A stretch of 64,000 nucleotides of DNA. It comes from Adineta vaga (lineage: Eukaryota; Animalia; Rotifera). The notes under the pieces were generated by a model. That model had not been told where the DNA came from, made no database searches, and saw only the letters and a list, made by a program, of their open reading frames with translations. The stretch spans positions 8,370,001-8,434,000 of the forward strand of contig CP075496.1 in the NCBI GenBank assembly GCA_021613535.1. The letters run 5' to 3'. Position 1 is the first letter of the stretch. Every line of letters begins with the position of its first letter. A program made the position numbers and the translations under genes. Shown one piece after another: positions 1 through 13,194 of the stretch.

Positions 1-5
1 TTTAG

Positions 6-496
6 TTCGTTTTATGAATGATACGAAAAAAACAAATTTACATTCACTTTGGGACTCTGGAATAATAAAATATCATATGAAAAATGATTTTCAATCGAAT
101 GTAAATAATTATTATGAATATATCTATAAATTAATGATACGTGAGTCAAAACCTAATGATGATGATGATAATCAAACTCAACAATGGGTTAAAGAAAGTT
201 TGAATTATGTTTGCAATGATATTTATTTCGATGATCGTAATAGAACTTTGAATACAGATGGAACATATAATTTAAATAGAAATTATTACATACGAAGTAG
301 AGCAATTATTGAAAAACGTCTTGCTCAGGGCGGACGTCGACTTGGTGCACTTCTCAATCGAATCGAACAAAATCGAGCAACGCCGATGACATCCAAAACT
401 TCATTAACTCTTGTTCCAAATATTTTAATCAGTGTCACATGTGTTGTTACAATTTTGATTGTAATTTTTAGTGATTTTTCTATGCATTCAATGTAG
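6..496 (+). CDS. S1/P1 nuclease, last exon (5' part outside window), with C-terminal hydrophobic anchor
   Basis: Follows a tttag acceptor at 1-5. Motifs NLHSLWDSGII (Zn-binding H..WD), QWVKESL and RLAQGGRRLGALLN are typical of the S1/P1 C-terminal half. Ends in hydrophobic ILISVTCVVTILIVIF. Confidence 0.85.
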
Positions 497-794
497 AAAT
501 AAGAATCGATCGTAATTTCTTTGTCGACAAGAAGAATAAATATATTTTACTAAATAATTCATTTAGATTCTTAATGAAAATTAGCAACAATTTTTCTATC
601 TATACATAGAAACAGAACTTATCAATTACTAGTTTTGTTAATCGATGCAGACATACCATCTAGATAATTTAACATTTCTGAATAATCGAAAGGGCATCTT
701 GCAATGCCTGGATATCAGAATAACATATCAATATATAATTAACAAGTCTATTTCTAATCTAAGAAGCAATTCTTTATTTTAAAATCGTGTATTT

Positions 795-1395
795 TCAGGT
801 TTTGTTCTCAATTCGAATTCTTTTAAACGTTTTTTACTTCGTTGATGAATTACATGAATAAAAGCGAGTATATAAATGCCAAGGAATAGAAAAATACTGA
901 CATAAGTTAAAACAATCAATATTAAAGCACCACGCATAACAATCGTTTGACAAAAAAGTCTTGTTGATTCAAAATTAACTTGATTATCATTAGAATAAGC
1001 ATGATAAACACGTATTTGAATAAGAATAAAAAAGATGAATGTAATCGAACCAAATATAAAACTAATAAGACCTAAATAATATTTACATATAGATTATAGT
1101 ATATTGATCAAAATATATCCAACCTACCAACAAGAAGTCGAGGTATTTTTCCAGCTGTATCACTTTGTTGATTATTTACTGAAGTAAGCATTTTAAGAAA
1201 ACGATAAGCAATACCTAAGAAAAATAATGTAAAGATTCCACCAATAGCCATAAGTAAAGGAAGATCAGGTGCAAGTGAACATTGATGACTAGCATTTTGA
1301 CCATCTTTTACAACATAATGAAATCCAATGGAAAGTTGAATTATAGGAATAATAAAGGTGATAATGACACAAATAATAATAATGACACGAATCAT
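795..1395 (-). CDS. Four-TM membrane protein, TMEM272-like
   Basis: Exons ~1395-1128 and 1071-795 (GT-AG intron 1072-1127). Pattern: TM1, then 'QLSIGFHY..QCSLAPDLPLLMAIGG', TM2, TM3 ending 'RVY', 'FCQTIV', TM4. Start codon uncertain. Confidence 0.6.
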
Positions 1396-1466
1396 TTTAT
1401 TAATTAAAATTGTCTGTGTTTTATTACAACAGTTCAATGAACAAAACCTGGTGAAAATGTACAGAG

Positions 1467-2445
1467 TCAACTATGTGTGACAATATGAGTAGTAAGAATG
1501 AGAGTATAATGACAAAAACAATTGTTATCGGTGAGACACATACATGGACGATATGATGTGAATCTTAATGAACAAAGATGAGGAGGTGATAATGGATGAT
1601 AATTATATCTATCCAGTTTATCGTTTTTTTGTTCACGACGTTTTCGTCGTCGTCCTTTTAACAATGATGGTAATGTTAATGAACCACATGGATATCCCGA
1701 AAAAAGACGAACATGTGCATGTCTTAAGATATTAAAGGTTCGACGTATATTAGATGATTCAAGTAATCTTAATAATGTATCATATTCACTTCGATCTACT
1801 AGTTCACTTTTCACTTGTTTTTCTTCGATAAAATAGTTTTTATCAAGTTTTTCTAACATAGAAATAATATTAGCAAATGAAAACTTGGAAGATGTGGAAT
1901 AATCATGAAATGCTAATTGACCATTGATATCAAGTTGAGCAGAAAGATTCGGATAGTGTTGGAGAATTGTAGAAACAAGATCTGTTCGTTCATTTTCATT
2001 GTTCCAATCACTATTAATGATTAATACGGAATGACTTTGTCCTTCAACTCCTCCACCACCAATACCGATACCATCTTGACAAAATGCTTCACCAAACAAA
2101 GCACTAATCATTCGTGCTTGTTTTTCATCACCATATATCTTGAAAAGAAAAGAAATTAAGATTATTATTCGATGAAGAATTTATTCTACTCACTTCTACG
2201 AACATATTTGGTTCTAAACCCCATTGAGCTGTTTGAGAAAAACCAGAACGAAGAACAATTTTATGTTCAGGAACTAATTTTGTTAATGCTTTGATTTGTT
2301 GTTTATTATCTGTTCTTTCGTCTGAATTAATCAATGTATTAATAAGCAAATTGTGTAAATAACGACACTGTTCAAATGCACGTTGACCAACTTGGTTACC
2401 GGGTACGGAAGCAATTTGTACTAAGAACGTCGATGTTGACGTCAT
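1467..2445 (-). CDS. Hypothetical protein (two exons)
   Basis: ORFs 2128-2445 and 1467-2111 join in frame across a 55-bp GTGAG..CAAG intron (2139-2193), giving ...NMFVE|IYGDEKQARMISALFGEAFCQDGIG. The C-terminus is uncertain. Confidence 0.6.
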
Positions 2446-2642
2446 TGATCCTTTGAATTGACGATTTATCTTTTCCTATTCTCTCTTTACATACTTATAT
2501 ATATATATATATCGACCACAAGTCTATCACGCATAAAGCACGTGACAAGGATATAGTTCGATTGTTTTCTATTCGTTTTATTGACGTAGTAGATGGGTAA
2601 AAAAAAGGCAAATATATAAGCACTATGCAGTAAATATTTTCT

Positions 2643-3362
2643 TTACAATTCTTTATGTTTATGAGAAGAATAATTAACAAGGAGTGTTTGTCCAACAGCG
2701 CATGTTATACAAACACCGAGAATATCCATAACAACTTGAATAATTGGACCTGCATGTGCAGGGTCAACATGTATAATACGTTGTAAAATGACTGGAAGAA
2801 GTGTTCCAAGTAAAATTGATGTTGTTACAATACAGAATAATGCAATGCCAATCGTTAATGATGGTAAAATTGCACCACGTTCTTCGATCCATACACGAAT
2901 AAAACCAACTGATGTAACTAATAGACCAATAATAAGAGCCGAAAATGTTTCTCGTATAAGAAGTGGTCGAACAGGAAATGATCGAGATTTTGCTAAACGA
3001 CGAATAACTAAAACAGCGGCTTGATTGCCAGCATTACCACCAGCACCAACAAGCATTGTTAAATACATTGTTATTAAAATATGACGAGAAATTAGATCAG
3101 AAAATGATTGTAGGATGAATGATGAGCCAGATTGAAGAATTAATAAAAATGATAGAAGACAAACTCGCGACCAAAGAGAACTTTCTCCTTCGCCTTCTTC
3201 TTCTTCTTCTTCTTGTTTTTTAGAAGATTTTTCTTTTTCATTGGTATCGTCCAAACGACGACGAACATGTGCAACGAATGTTTTTAAATCTTCAGATGAT
3301 AATGCAGAAAATTGTTCATCGAATGTATCGATGATTTTTAATGAACGATGACGTTGTGTCAT
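2643..3362 (-). CDS. MgtE-family Mg2+/divalent cation transporter, single membrane domain, intronless
   Basis: MLVGAGGNAGNQA and DPAHAGPIIQVVMDILG match the MgtE GGNxGxQ and DPA..GP....D motifs. Five hydrophobic segments, no CBS domains. Confidence 0.85.
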   Translation of the reverse strand: MTQRHRSLKIIDTFDEQFSALSSEDLKTFVAHVRRRLDDTNEKEKSSKKQEEEEEEGEGESSLWSRVCLLSFLLILQSGSSFILQSFSDLISRHILITMYLTMLVGAGGNAGNQAAVLVIRRLAKSRSFPVRPLLIRETFSALIIGLLVTSVGFIRVWIEERGAILPSLTIGIALFCIVTTSILLGTLLPVILQRIIHVDPAHAGPIIQVVMDILGVCITCAVGQTLLVNYSSHKHKEL

Positions 3363-4445
3363 ATTCGATAAATAAAAATCTAAAACTTTTCAATATCAAA
3401 CAGAATAACATAGTTTAGAATAGTTATGACAACGTGCATTCTTATATGATAAGGAACGTATATAAAACGTTATTATCATAGAAAGAATACATAATGATTT
3501 GTTGTTTTTCTTTTTCTCATCCTTCTGCGCATCATAATATATTTGTATTTATCTACATTCGATGTGAAGGAAAAAAAAAGAATAATGAGGAATACATACA
3601 ACTATTAAACGGTTTTGTTTGGGATAAAAAAATCATGACTCATCGTTTTTTTATCTCGTGCTCGACCTTATTTTGTTGTCATTTCGAATTTATAAAATCG
3701 ACGAATAGAAAGAGAATGATGAAGTTTTGAATATTTTTATCATCATCATTATTCAAGTGTTTGAAATTGTTAAATAAGAATGGATCATATTTCGAAGAAC
3801 AACTTGAGATAGTTTTGATTGTTAACTGCAAATAAATATGTCCTTCATGCAAAATACTTTCTTTCACTGGAAAAAATTTCATTTTCTTCATGTCTTATTT
3901 GTCTGCCAATTGCTCATAACGTAATCTATTAAAAATTACAATCTATCAAATCGTACAAATGAATAATATCATTGACTTCTATCGAACAAAAGAATACTTA
4001 GTATTCACAGTTAATTGATAAACGCATTATGTGCTTAATTAATACTTTTAGAATCGTAATTGTTACAAGCAGTATGGGAAATAGTACAGCCGGAAATGTG
4101 AACATAATGTTTGTCATTTATTCGGATTCTTATCCATGAAATACTATTTAAAGAAACGATAATTGAATCTATTCACACTCTTATTTCTTGCGATCAATTG
4201 AATCTATGATACACCTACATCAGTGAGCAAAACAATATGTTATATGAGACGTCTAGAATTCGTTCCGTGCTTTATATTGATGATGACGATTATGATAATA
4301 ATAATGATGACGACGAACAGGTATAAGATATTAATCCGATCTTCAATGAAACGAACGATCAATACTATTCTAAAGAACAATTAGTAGTATAAGAAGAAAG
4401 CCATCACATCAGATCGAGAAATCATACATTGATTAGGAAAAAGAA

Positions 4446-5881
4446 ATGAACTATACTGCTCGTCATAGTTACACTAATTACAGGACATCAACGAGAGTAC
4501 CTGTAAGATAAGTATTGAATTTAATTTTTTAATTTTTTATAACGAAACTTTCGTCATTCTTTAGTTTAAAACAATCTCAGGTGAAGTATCTCATCTAAAA
4601 ACATTACTAACTCAATCAAGTCTTGCACCATTAGTAACTTTTGATGAACATGGTGATATACCACTTCGTGAAATAAATTCATCCATTTCTCCGATTTCTA
4701 ACTATCCGGTTTCATCCAATGTTCCTGTCCATTATTGTTGTGGTTTATGTATATGGAATCGATTTCGAAGAGATTTTTGTCGACTTTTTATTCAATTTTT
4801 ATTTTCACAATTAGGTTTATTTGTTCTTGTGTGCTTTTATATTATTCTCGGTGGTATGCTCTTTTCTACAATTGAATCAAGATATGAATTACGTAAAAAT
4901 GAACAAATTAAAATTAAACATTTACATGGGATACATAATATTCGTCTTATTGCTACAGAAGAATTTAATTGGATGTTAAATGCATCATTCGAATTACGTT
5001 ATGCACTTTGGCGTGGTATGATATCACGATTAGATGTATATGACGATTATCGTTGGCGTGTCTATGTTCATAGTGAAAGATTCGATCGATTAATTCATGA
5101 TGAACTTGCTCGAATGCAAGCTGATGAAGAAAAACTAGCAGATAAACAAGATACACCATCAGATGCATCCTATAATCAGAAATGGACATTTTCAACAGCA
5201 ATGTTATATTCTGCGACAGTTATAACAACAGTTGGATATGGTAATATTACACCAAAATCAATGTTAGGCAAATTATTTACATGTTTCTATGCAATGCTTG
5301 GAATACCTATAACGATTATGTATTTAACTAATACAAGTGATTTACTTGTTTTTCTTTTTATTAAATATTATTCAGCAATGTATAATTTCTTTCATCGTAT
5401 AATCAAACGATATCGTCAATGGAGATTACGTCGACAAAGAAGAATATGTGTACAGGTGAGAAGTAAAAGTTTATCTTGTTATTTTGATATAATTTTGAAA
5501 AAAAATTTTGTTATATTTTAGACAGATGATGAAGCAGCAATACATCATGTTCCAGTTTGGATAGCATTCAGCGTGCTAGTTTTATATTTAATTGCTGGTG
5601 CTATTCTATTTTCTCATTGGGAAGGATGGTCATATGTTGATGGTGCTTACTTTTCATTTATTACGTTTACAACCATTGGTCTAGGTGATTTAGTCCCTGG
5701 AAAAGGAACATTAACTGAGAATAAAAATGGGAAATCTATTTTTTGTGCGCTCTATCTTATATTTGGTCTCGCTTTCACAGCGATGTGCTTCAAATTGATA
5801 CAAGATGATTTATTTACCTTTAAACAAAGACTTTTTACACGATTGGGTAATATTACCTATCGAAATCAATATATTCATTAG
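4446..5881 (+). CDS. Two-pore-domain potassium channel (K2P/TWK family)
   Basis: Exons ~4446-4502, 4565-5455, 5522-5881. Pore loops TTVGYGNITP and TTIGLGDLVP; WTFSTAMLY and EGWSYVDGAYFSF motifs. Confidence 0.92.
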
Positions 5882-6595
5882 AATCATAGTCGACCATATG
5901 AAATGTAAATACCTCAGAATAGCACGTGACATTTTTTCATTTTCTTTGCATTATTTTGTACTCATTCGTTTATTTGCGTTGAAAAAATAGAAAAAAATGG
6001 ACCTTGATACCCATTTTTCTTTTTCTATTGTTTTTTTTTATCACATTCATACACGTCATTTTACACCATATTGTGTGTTTGAAAGTGAAAAAGGTAAGTC
6101 ATATAACTATTCAAATATTTTAGACAGTTCATTAAGGATGAATATCTGTACTGTTATTTTACCGAATATCCAGTTATTTATATGAGGACGAGGAGTTAAT
6201 CAACAGACAGAAGATTTGATTGATTGTTATTTGCTCTTTAGTTTAAAGCGAATAGATCTATTGTTTGAGAGCGACATCCAACATATTCGCTACAATCTCA
6301 ATCTCAATCAAACATTGCAATCGCTGACTTCTGATTTGTTCAATATAGGAAGCTAATATTATACTTCCAAAATCATGACCTCATATCATATAGGTCCTAA
6401 TTTATGTTTAAGAATTACAATAACTGTGATTGCTAGCTGGAAAAATTAATATTGCGTTTGAAAATGTAGTTATAAGATAAGAATTTCTTTGTTTCTTTTT
6501 GCATTTATAAGAAAAAAAAAGATTGAATTTCAATGATTATCGTACTATACATATATTATTTCATTTTAGTATAATAGTAGTTCGAAAATAGAATT

Positions 6596-7981
6596 ATGGC
6601 TTCAAGACGTGTTTTAATCTTGGATGATTGTCAAATTCAATCGATTATTCATGAACATTCATGGTCAGATCTGATCGACGATGATGATGATATTGATTTA
6701 TATATTTTAACTAGTACTGGTGCATTATCTGAAAAAGATAAAGCTTGTTCACGTGTTCGTGCTTACAAAGAAATTGATCATCCAACAACAGATGGTACTC
6801 TTGAATTATGGTCATATGAAATGCATAAAAAACATTCATTTACACATGTTTATACAAAAAATGAAGATTTAATTATGCGTGCAGCTCATGTTCGTTCATT
6901 ACTCAATATTAAAACTGGCTTATTAGCAGAAACAATAGGAGCTTATCGTGAAAAAGTTGAAATGAAAAGAATTGCATCAGAAGGCGGTTTTCCAGTTCCA
7001 CCATTTGCTCGTTTATATGCACCAGCTGATCTAATTGCATTTATAGAAAAACAAGGGTATCCAGTTGTTGTCAAACCTACTCTTGGCTGTGCAACATCTG
7101 GTCTTAGTTTAATCAAATCTCCTGAAGAATTAGAAACATTTCTTTCGAAAAAATTATTTACATGCATTGATACTGATCAACGAATGGATTTAGTTGGAGA
7201 ATTTATGGTTGAAGGATATATGAAAGGACATATGTTTCATGTCGATGGTGTGGCAAAAGACGGTGAAATTATTTATGTATGGCCATTTAGTTATCTTCAT
7301 ACATGTCTTGGATTTTCTCAAGAAGGTACAGCTTATGGTAATTCTTCAATTCCAAAATCACATCCTCTTTATGATCGTTTATGTAAAACTGCACAACGTT
7401 TACTTAATATTTTACCATCTCCAATTGATGGCTTAGTATTTCATTTGGAATTATATGAAAATCTTGATCCAAATCGTCGACCTGATGATGATTTTATACT
7501 TTGTGAAATTGCTGCACGTGCGCCTGGTGCTTCTATTACTCATTTAATTGATTTATTATCATTTGAAGAAGATAATATACAACAATCATTTGCTCGATTA
7601 GATTTTTGTGTAAGCGTTTCATTATCAATTCCTAAATTGAAAGAACAAGATGAAAACAAAGTTGTTACGGATCTTATCATACCACGTAAACCAGGTAAAC
7701 TTATGTATATACCACGTGAATGTCCAATTCATAATCTTAAATATATACCAGTCGCAGATATCGATAAACCGACAGTTTATGAAAAATATGATGTCAACGG
7801 TTTGAATTCTGTTTGTCGATTTATAGCAGAAACAAAAAGTATGGAAGAGGGACAAGCATTAGTCGAAAAAGGTTTGGAATGGTTTGATAGTGTATTCATT
7901 AATACACCACTTGATGAACCATGTACAGTAGCATTAATTAAAGAACTACATCGTTATTTTCATAGGAAAATTTTTAATTAA
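6596..7981 (+). CDS. ATP-grasp ligase, NikS/L-amino-acid-ligase-like, intronless
   Basis: 461 aa. YREKVEMK, GYPVVVKPTLGCATSG, VEGYMKGHMFHVDG, FHLELY and CEIAARAPG are ATP-grasp motifs. Confidence 0.85.
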   Translation: MASRRVLILDDCQIQSIIHEHSWSDLIDDDDDIDLYILTSTGALSEKDKACSRVRAYKEIDHPTTDGTLELWSYEMHKKHSFTHVYTKNEDLIMRAAHVRSLLNIKTGLLAETIGAYREKVEMKRIASEGGFPVPPFARLYAPADLIAFIEKQGYPVVVKPTLGCATSGLSLIKSPEELETFLSKKLFTCIDTDQRMDLVGEFMVEGYMKGHMFHVDGVAKDGEIIYVWPFSYLHTCLGFSQEGTAYGNSSIPKSHPLYDRLCKTAQRLLNILPSPIDGLVFHLELYENLDPNRRPDDDFILCEIAARAPGASITHLIDLLSFEEDNIQQSFARLDFCVSVSLSIPKLKEQDENKVVTDLIIPRKPGKLMYIPRECPIHNLKYIPVADIDKPTVYEKYDVNGLNSVCRFIAETKSMEEGQALVEKGLEWFDSVFINTPLDEPCTVALIKELHRYFHRKIFN

Positions 7982-8403
7982 TATATCTTTGTCTTTTGTT
8001 ACGTTTGCTTATTTATGAATTGTTTTAGTCTGCTATTATTATTCTATTCCTGCTTGATATCATGAGTAAATCAATAAAAAAAAACGTTTAGTCAGACTAT
8101 GCTACTTTCATAGTAACTTATTTATTTAATATAATATTCTCAATCAAACTAAATTGTATGACTTGAAAAGTATTTTTAGAATACTGTTCTAATATTTAAG
8201 ATTGATTATTAGCTAAAAAAAAAGAAAAATGGAAAGTATACCGTTGTGTGCTGCCATCATTGTAATTTATCGTTCTATTCGTCATTTTCATTTCTGCTTT
8301 TCACAAGCAATGCGAGCGAGCGAAAGAGAGCAGAATAAGGAGAGAAATGAGAAATGACGGAGAGTAGTTGATCTTGCCAAAATTTCTCAAGGATATAGTA
8401 TAA

Positions 8404-11400
8404 ATGTCACTCTATCACCTTCAACTACTTATTCAAAAATCCGCTCGTTATGCTTGGCGTCGTCGAATATGTCGTTGTTGTCCTAAAATTCTATTCGAGC
8501 TGTTTATTCCCATTATTTGTATTCTTGTTCTATGTTTACTTCGTTGGATGCATACACCTTCATCTAAAACAAGTCTTCAACCAACTCGTATTCAATTTAC
8601 ACCTACATCTATCATTTCTCAACAAGATTCTTTTCAAATCTTAAATTATACATCCGTTTATCGATGTCCATCATCAAGTATAACAGTTGCGATTACATCA
8701 GAACAAATATTTAAACGTTTTACACGTTTATGTCCACGTAGTCATTTTATTCTATCATCGCAACAAATGGATGGATATCTTCTGCTGAATAATTCTATCG
8801 AAAGACATGATGTCAGTTATCGTTGTTTATATAACAAACAACATTGGTGTTGGAAAACAAATCTTTTGAATAAACAGTTAGATTCTCTTCAAATTCAGCA
8901 TCCATCAATATCACTATGTTCACATTTAGATACACAAGGATATAGTTTGCTATTAAAATCTTATCTTGCCATTGAATCTCTTTTAAAACCACCGTTAAGA
9001 AAGCAACAATTCTTTGTCTATACATGGCCATGTCCATCGTATATTGCTGATGCAATGTTCACTGATTTTCCTCGTTTTACATTCACTATTATATTGATTC
9101 TTATTGATGGTTGTATTTTATTTAGTTTTAATTTTCTTTTTCATGAATTAATTAAAGAAAAATCTCAAGGTATAACTGAACTTCTTCGTTTACTTTCTGT
9201 TCAACCAATATTCAATAGTCTTGCTTGGTTCTTACGCATTTTTATTCTTCAACTATTGACAAATGTGATTTTAATATGCATATTAAAAGTTTCATTTGAT
9301 GGAGGAATTTATCTAGCGTATGTATCGATCTGGTTAATTATTCCCACTTTTCTCTTCTGGACAATTCAAGTTCTTTCACGATCAATATTTATCGCTCATA
9401 TTTTTAACAATGTATTAAAAGCATCACTTTGGTCATGGTTCGTTTATTTTATTTCATTTTGGTTAGCACTTTCATCATCAGTACAATTGCCAATACTTCT
9501 TCGTTTAATAGCTTCGATTTGGTTACCATTCTACTCAATAAAACGAATTTTTGTTGTTTTGATTCAAATTAATACTGATCTTGGTCGTCATACATATTTA
9601 ATAAATGAAATTATTTATATTTGGTTATCGATGATTATTGGCAGTCTACTATTTTGGCTTCTCGCCTTTTATTTCGAACAAATCCGACCAGGTAAATATG
9701 GAATAGCACGTTCATGGTCATGGCCTTTGGATTATATTCGTAAAAAACAAATTCGACGTAATAGTTCAGATATACAGATGGTAGAAATATCATCTAATCA
9801 ACAAACAACTGTTCGAATCAATAATTTAACGAAAAGTTATGGTCGAATTGGTGGTGAACAACAAATAGCTGTTGATCATATCTCATTTACATTAGAAAAA
9901 TCGACAATACACGGTTTAATTGGTCATAATGGTGCCGGCAAAACAACAACTATGGAAATGATCTGTGGTTTATTATCTTGTGATCGTGGTACAATTGAAA
10001 TTCATAATAAAAATCTTTTGGAAAATTTACATGAACTTCAATCATGTATTGGTTATTGTCCTCAACAAGATATGCTTTTTTCATATTTAACTGTACGAGA
10101 ACAATTAGAATTCTATGCTCGAGTACGATCAAACAGCAATTCAATTGATCATAATCAAATTGAAGAATTACTTGCAATGATGAATATGGATAAATTTAAT
10201 CAACAATTATGTCATACATTATCAGGTGGTATGCAACGAAAACTATCGATTCTTTGTGCATTTGTTGGTCAAGCAAACATCATAATTTTAGGTGAAATTA
10301 AGTCAATTCATATGAAACTATATGGTTAATGTTTACTTTTTTGTTGTTTAGATGAACCATCATCTTCATTGGACCCTGTTGCTCGTCGAACACTATGGAA
10401 TTGGCTTCGAGAACATAAAATAAATCGAACACTATTAATATCATCTCATCTATTGGATGAAGTTGAAGAACTTTGTGATTCAGTTATTATTCTTGATTCG
10501 GGAAAAATTCGAGCACAAGGAACTATTCTTGAACTTAAACAACAATATGGACCATCAGGTGATCGACTTCATTTAGATATTCTACCAGATTATATTCCAA
10601 AAGAATGGATCATTGATGAAACTAAACATTGTATACAAATACCAAATCGAAAACAATTAATTGAAGTACTTGAAAAATTAGAAAAAGAGAACATTCATTA
10701 TTCTCTAATGAATACTACACTTGATGATATTTTTCTTAAATTAACTTCATCATCAGAATTATTATCACAAGGTAACTAATTTCTTTAAAGATTTAATTTA
10801 TCTACATACATATATATCATTAGATGAAAGTACAAATCAATCTCAAATTGATGTATTATTTACTACTCGAACAAATACCCATTCTATTGATCTATGGTAT
10901 CAACAAATTCTTGGTATATTAATTCGACGAAGTCAAATATTTCTTCGACGAGCTCGTCTATTGCCCATTGTGATATTTCTTTATCTTCTTTATGCTCTTG
11001 CACCACTTTATTTACCATCATTTACTTCTTCATCATCAGAACGAATTCGTTACATTGTATCTTCTTCTTCTACTCAATACATAGATAAATTGAATTTGAA
11101 AAGTTTTGATATGAAAATAGTTTCGTCATCACAAAAATTTCAAAAATATTTACAAGGTAATTTGATTCTTGAATAGAATTAATTAGTTCTTTGTTTTCTG
11201 TTTTCGAAAATGGTATTTAGATCTTCCAACCTGGCAATCGAATTCTCATCATCGAAAAATTTCAATCGGTATTCGAATAAATTCTTTCAATCAAATGGAA
11301 TGTTATGTTCCATCACCTGTTCTATCAAATATCATATCATCATGTTTACCAATATTTTCAATATTTTCCAATCGAACGATATCACCGTTACAGTTAATTG

Positions 11401-13194
11401 GTCGAGGAAAAGAAACTTCTTCATTATTATCATCTCCTAATCTATCTACATCACAACATGATTCACCGTTTTTTTGTTTCTATACACTTTCACCATCAAT
11501 GCATTTCTCCATTTTCTTATTATCTTTAATTTTAATTGTCTGTGCAGCGTTTATCATTGAAGATTATGCCTCAGGTCTTCATTCTTACTCACTAGTTCAT
11601 GGTCTTCGTTCACCCATTCATTGGCTCATTATATTTCTCAGTGATTTGATTTTATGTCTATTCTGGTTAATAATACTTATTTTAATAGCTCGTTTCGTTC
11701 ATTCATCAACATTTAATGGAAAATTCTTTGCATTAACACCATTATTTTTTCTCGTTAATCTTCCATTTGTTTATCTTCTTGCCAAACTCTTCAAAGCACC
11801 TGTATTAGGTGCAACTGTGATCATCTTCATTCTTCAATTAGCACATGTTTTAAATACATTGAAAACGTTTATTGAACTTTTTCGTGGTTATCCTCTACTA
11901 TCATCTTTAGTACATATATTACGATGGTTACTTTTACTTCTCTTTCCAAATGTCAATGTATTTATATTAATAGTAGCAGTACTTAGAAAATCGTATTGTC
12001 AAATCGATGAATCAATATTAGGACAGTCGGGTGATGAATTTTCACATGAACGTTATCCAAATAAGATTTTTATTCATACATTAATTTTTCTTACACAATT
12101 CGTGATCTATTTTATTTTACTTATTATTATTGATGTTGGTAAACGAAGAATTCCTAAATGTAAAAAGCAAAATAGAATCGAACTTCATGAAGAAGGAGAA
12201 GATGATAATGATGATATCATAGAAGAAAGATATCGAGTAGAATCAATGAAAGATGAAATTAAACAAAATCAAGCACTTATTCTGGAAAATCTCACAAAAT
12301 TTTATCGAACTACAACAATTCCAGCTGTAAATCGATTAACATTTGCAATACCACATGGACAATGTTTCGGTTTGTTAGGATTCAATGGAAGTGGTATGTA
12401 TTTTTCTCATCAATCAACATTGAACTGTAATAATAAACTGTATTTTTTGAATTATAGGTAAAACTACAACATTTCGTATGCTAGTTGGTGAATTAGATCC
12501 AAATTATGGTCATATTTATCGAAATCAACATGAATCAATCGGTTATTGTCCCCAAAATGATATTAAATTTTCAGCATTAAGTGTCATAGAATCTATTAAT
12601 TATATTTCTCGTCTTCATGGACTTCAACCATCCACATTAAATAACCTAGTATTAACTCAATTTCAACTCGAAAAATATCGACATCAATTAGTCGCAAATT
12701 TAAGTGGTGGTACTAGACGTCGTCTTCATCTAGCCCTATGTTTAATTGGATCACCAACACTTTTATTACTTGACGAACCGACGGCTAAAGTTGATCCTGT
12801 TTTACGTAGTCATATTCGTCTTATATTACAACACCGTCCAATCGATACATCCATTATATTTGCTTCACATTCGATGCTTGAATGTGAACAATTGTGTGAT
12901 CGATTAACTATTCTTGTTCGTGGTCATGCACGATGTCTCGGTTCACTTGAACATCTGAAAACAAAATATGGTACTAACTATCGTATACGATTAACATTAC
13001 GTCAATCATCATTAGATATACCATCACTTGTCTATATCGATAATAGTAATGAATACTTATATCCTAAAGGAAGTTTAGCACAATTATTTAAAATATTAGA
13101 AGAACTTGTTCAACAGAATCAAATAGCCGCTAACTATACAGTAGAATTAACATCATTAGAACATATTTTCTTAACATTTCAACATTCGATTTGA
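8404..13194 (+). CDS. ABC transporter subfamily A (full transporter)
   Basis: Five exons (~8404-10291, 10352-10771, 10824-11156, 11221-12393, 12459-13194). NBD1: GHNGAGKTT, LSGGMQRKL, DEP. NBD2: GFNGSGKTT, LSGGTRRRL, LDEPT. ABCA hallmarks KEKSQG, RPGKYG...W, GYCPQ, SLEHIFL. Confidence 0.92.
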
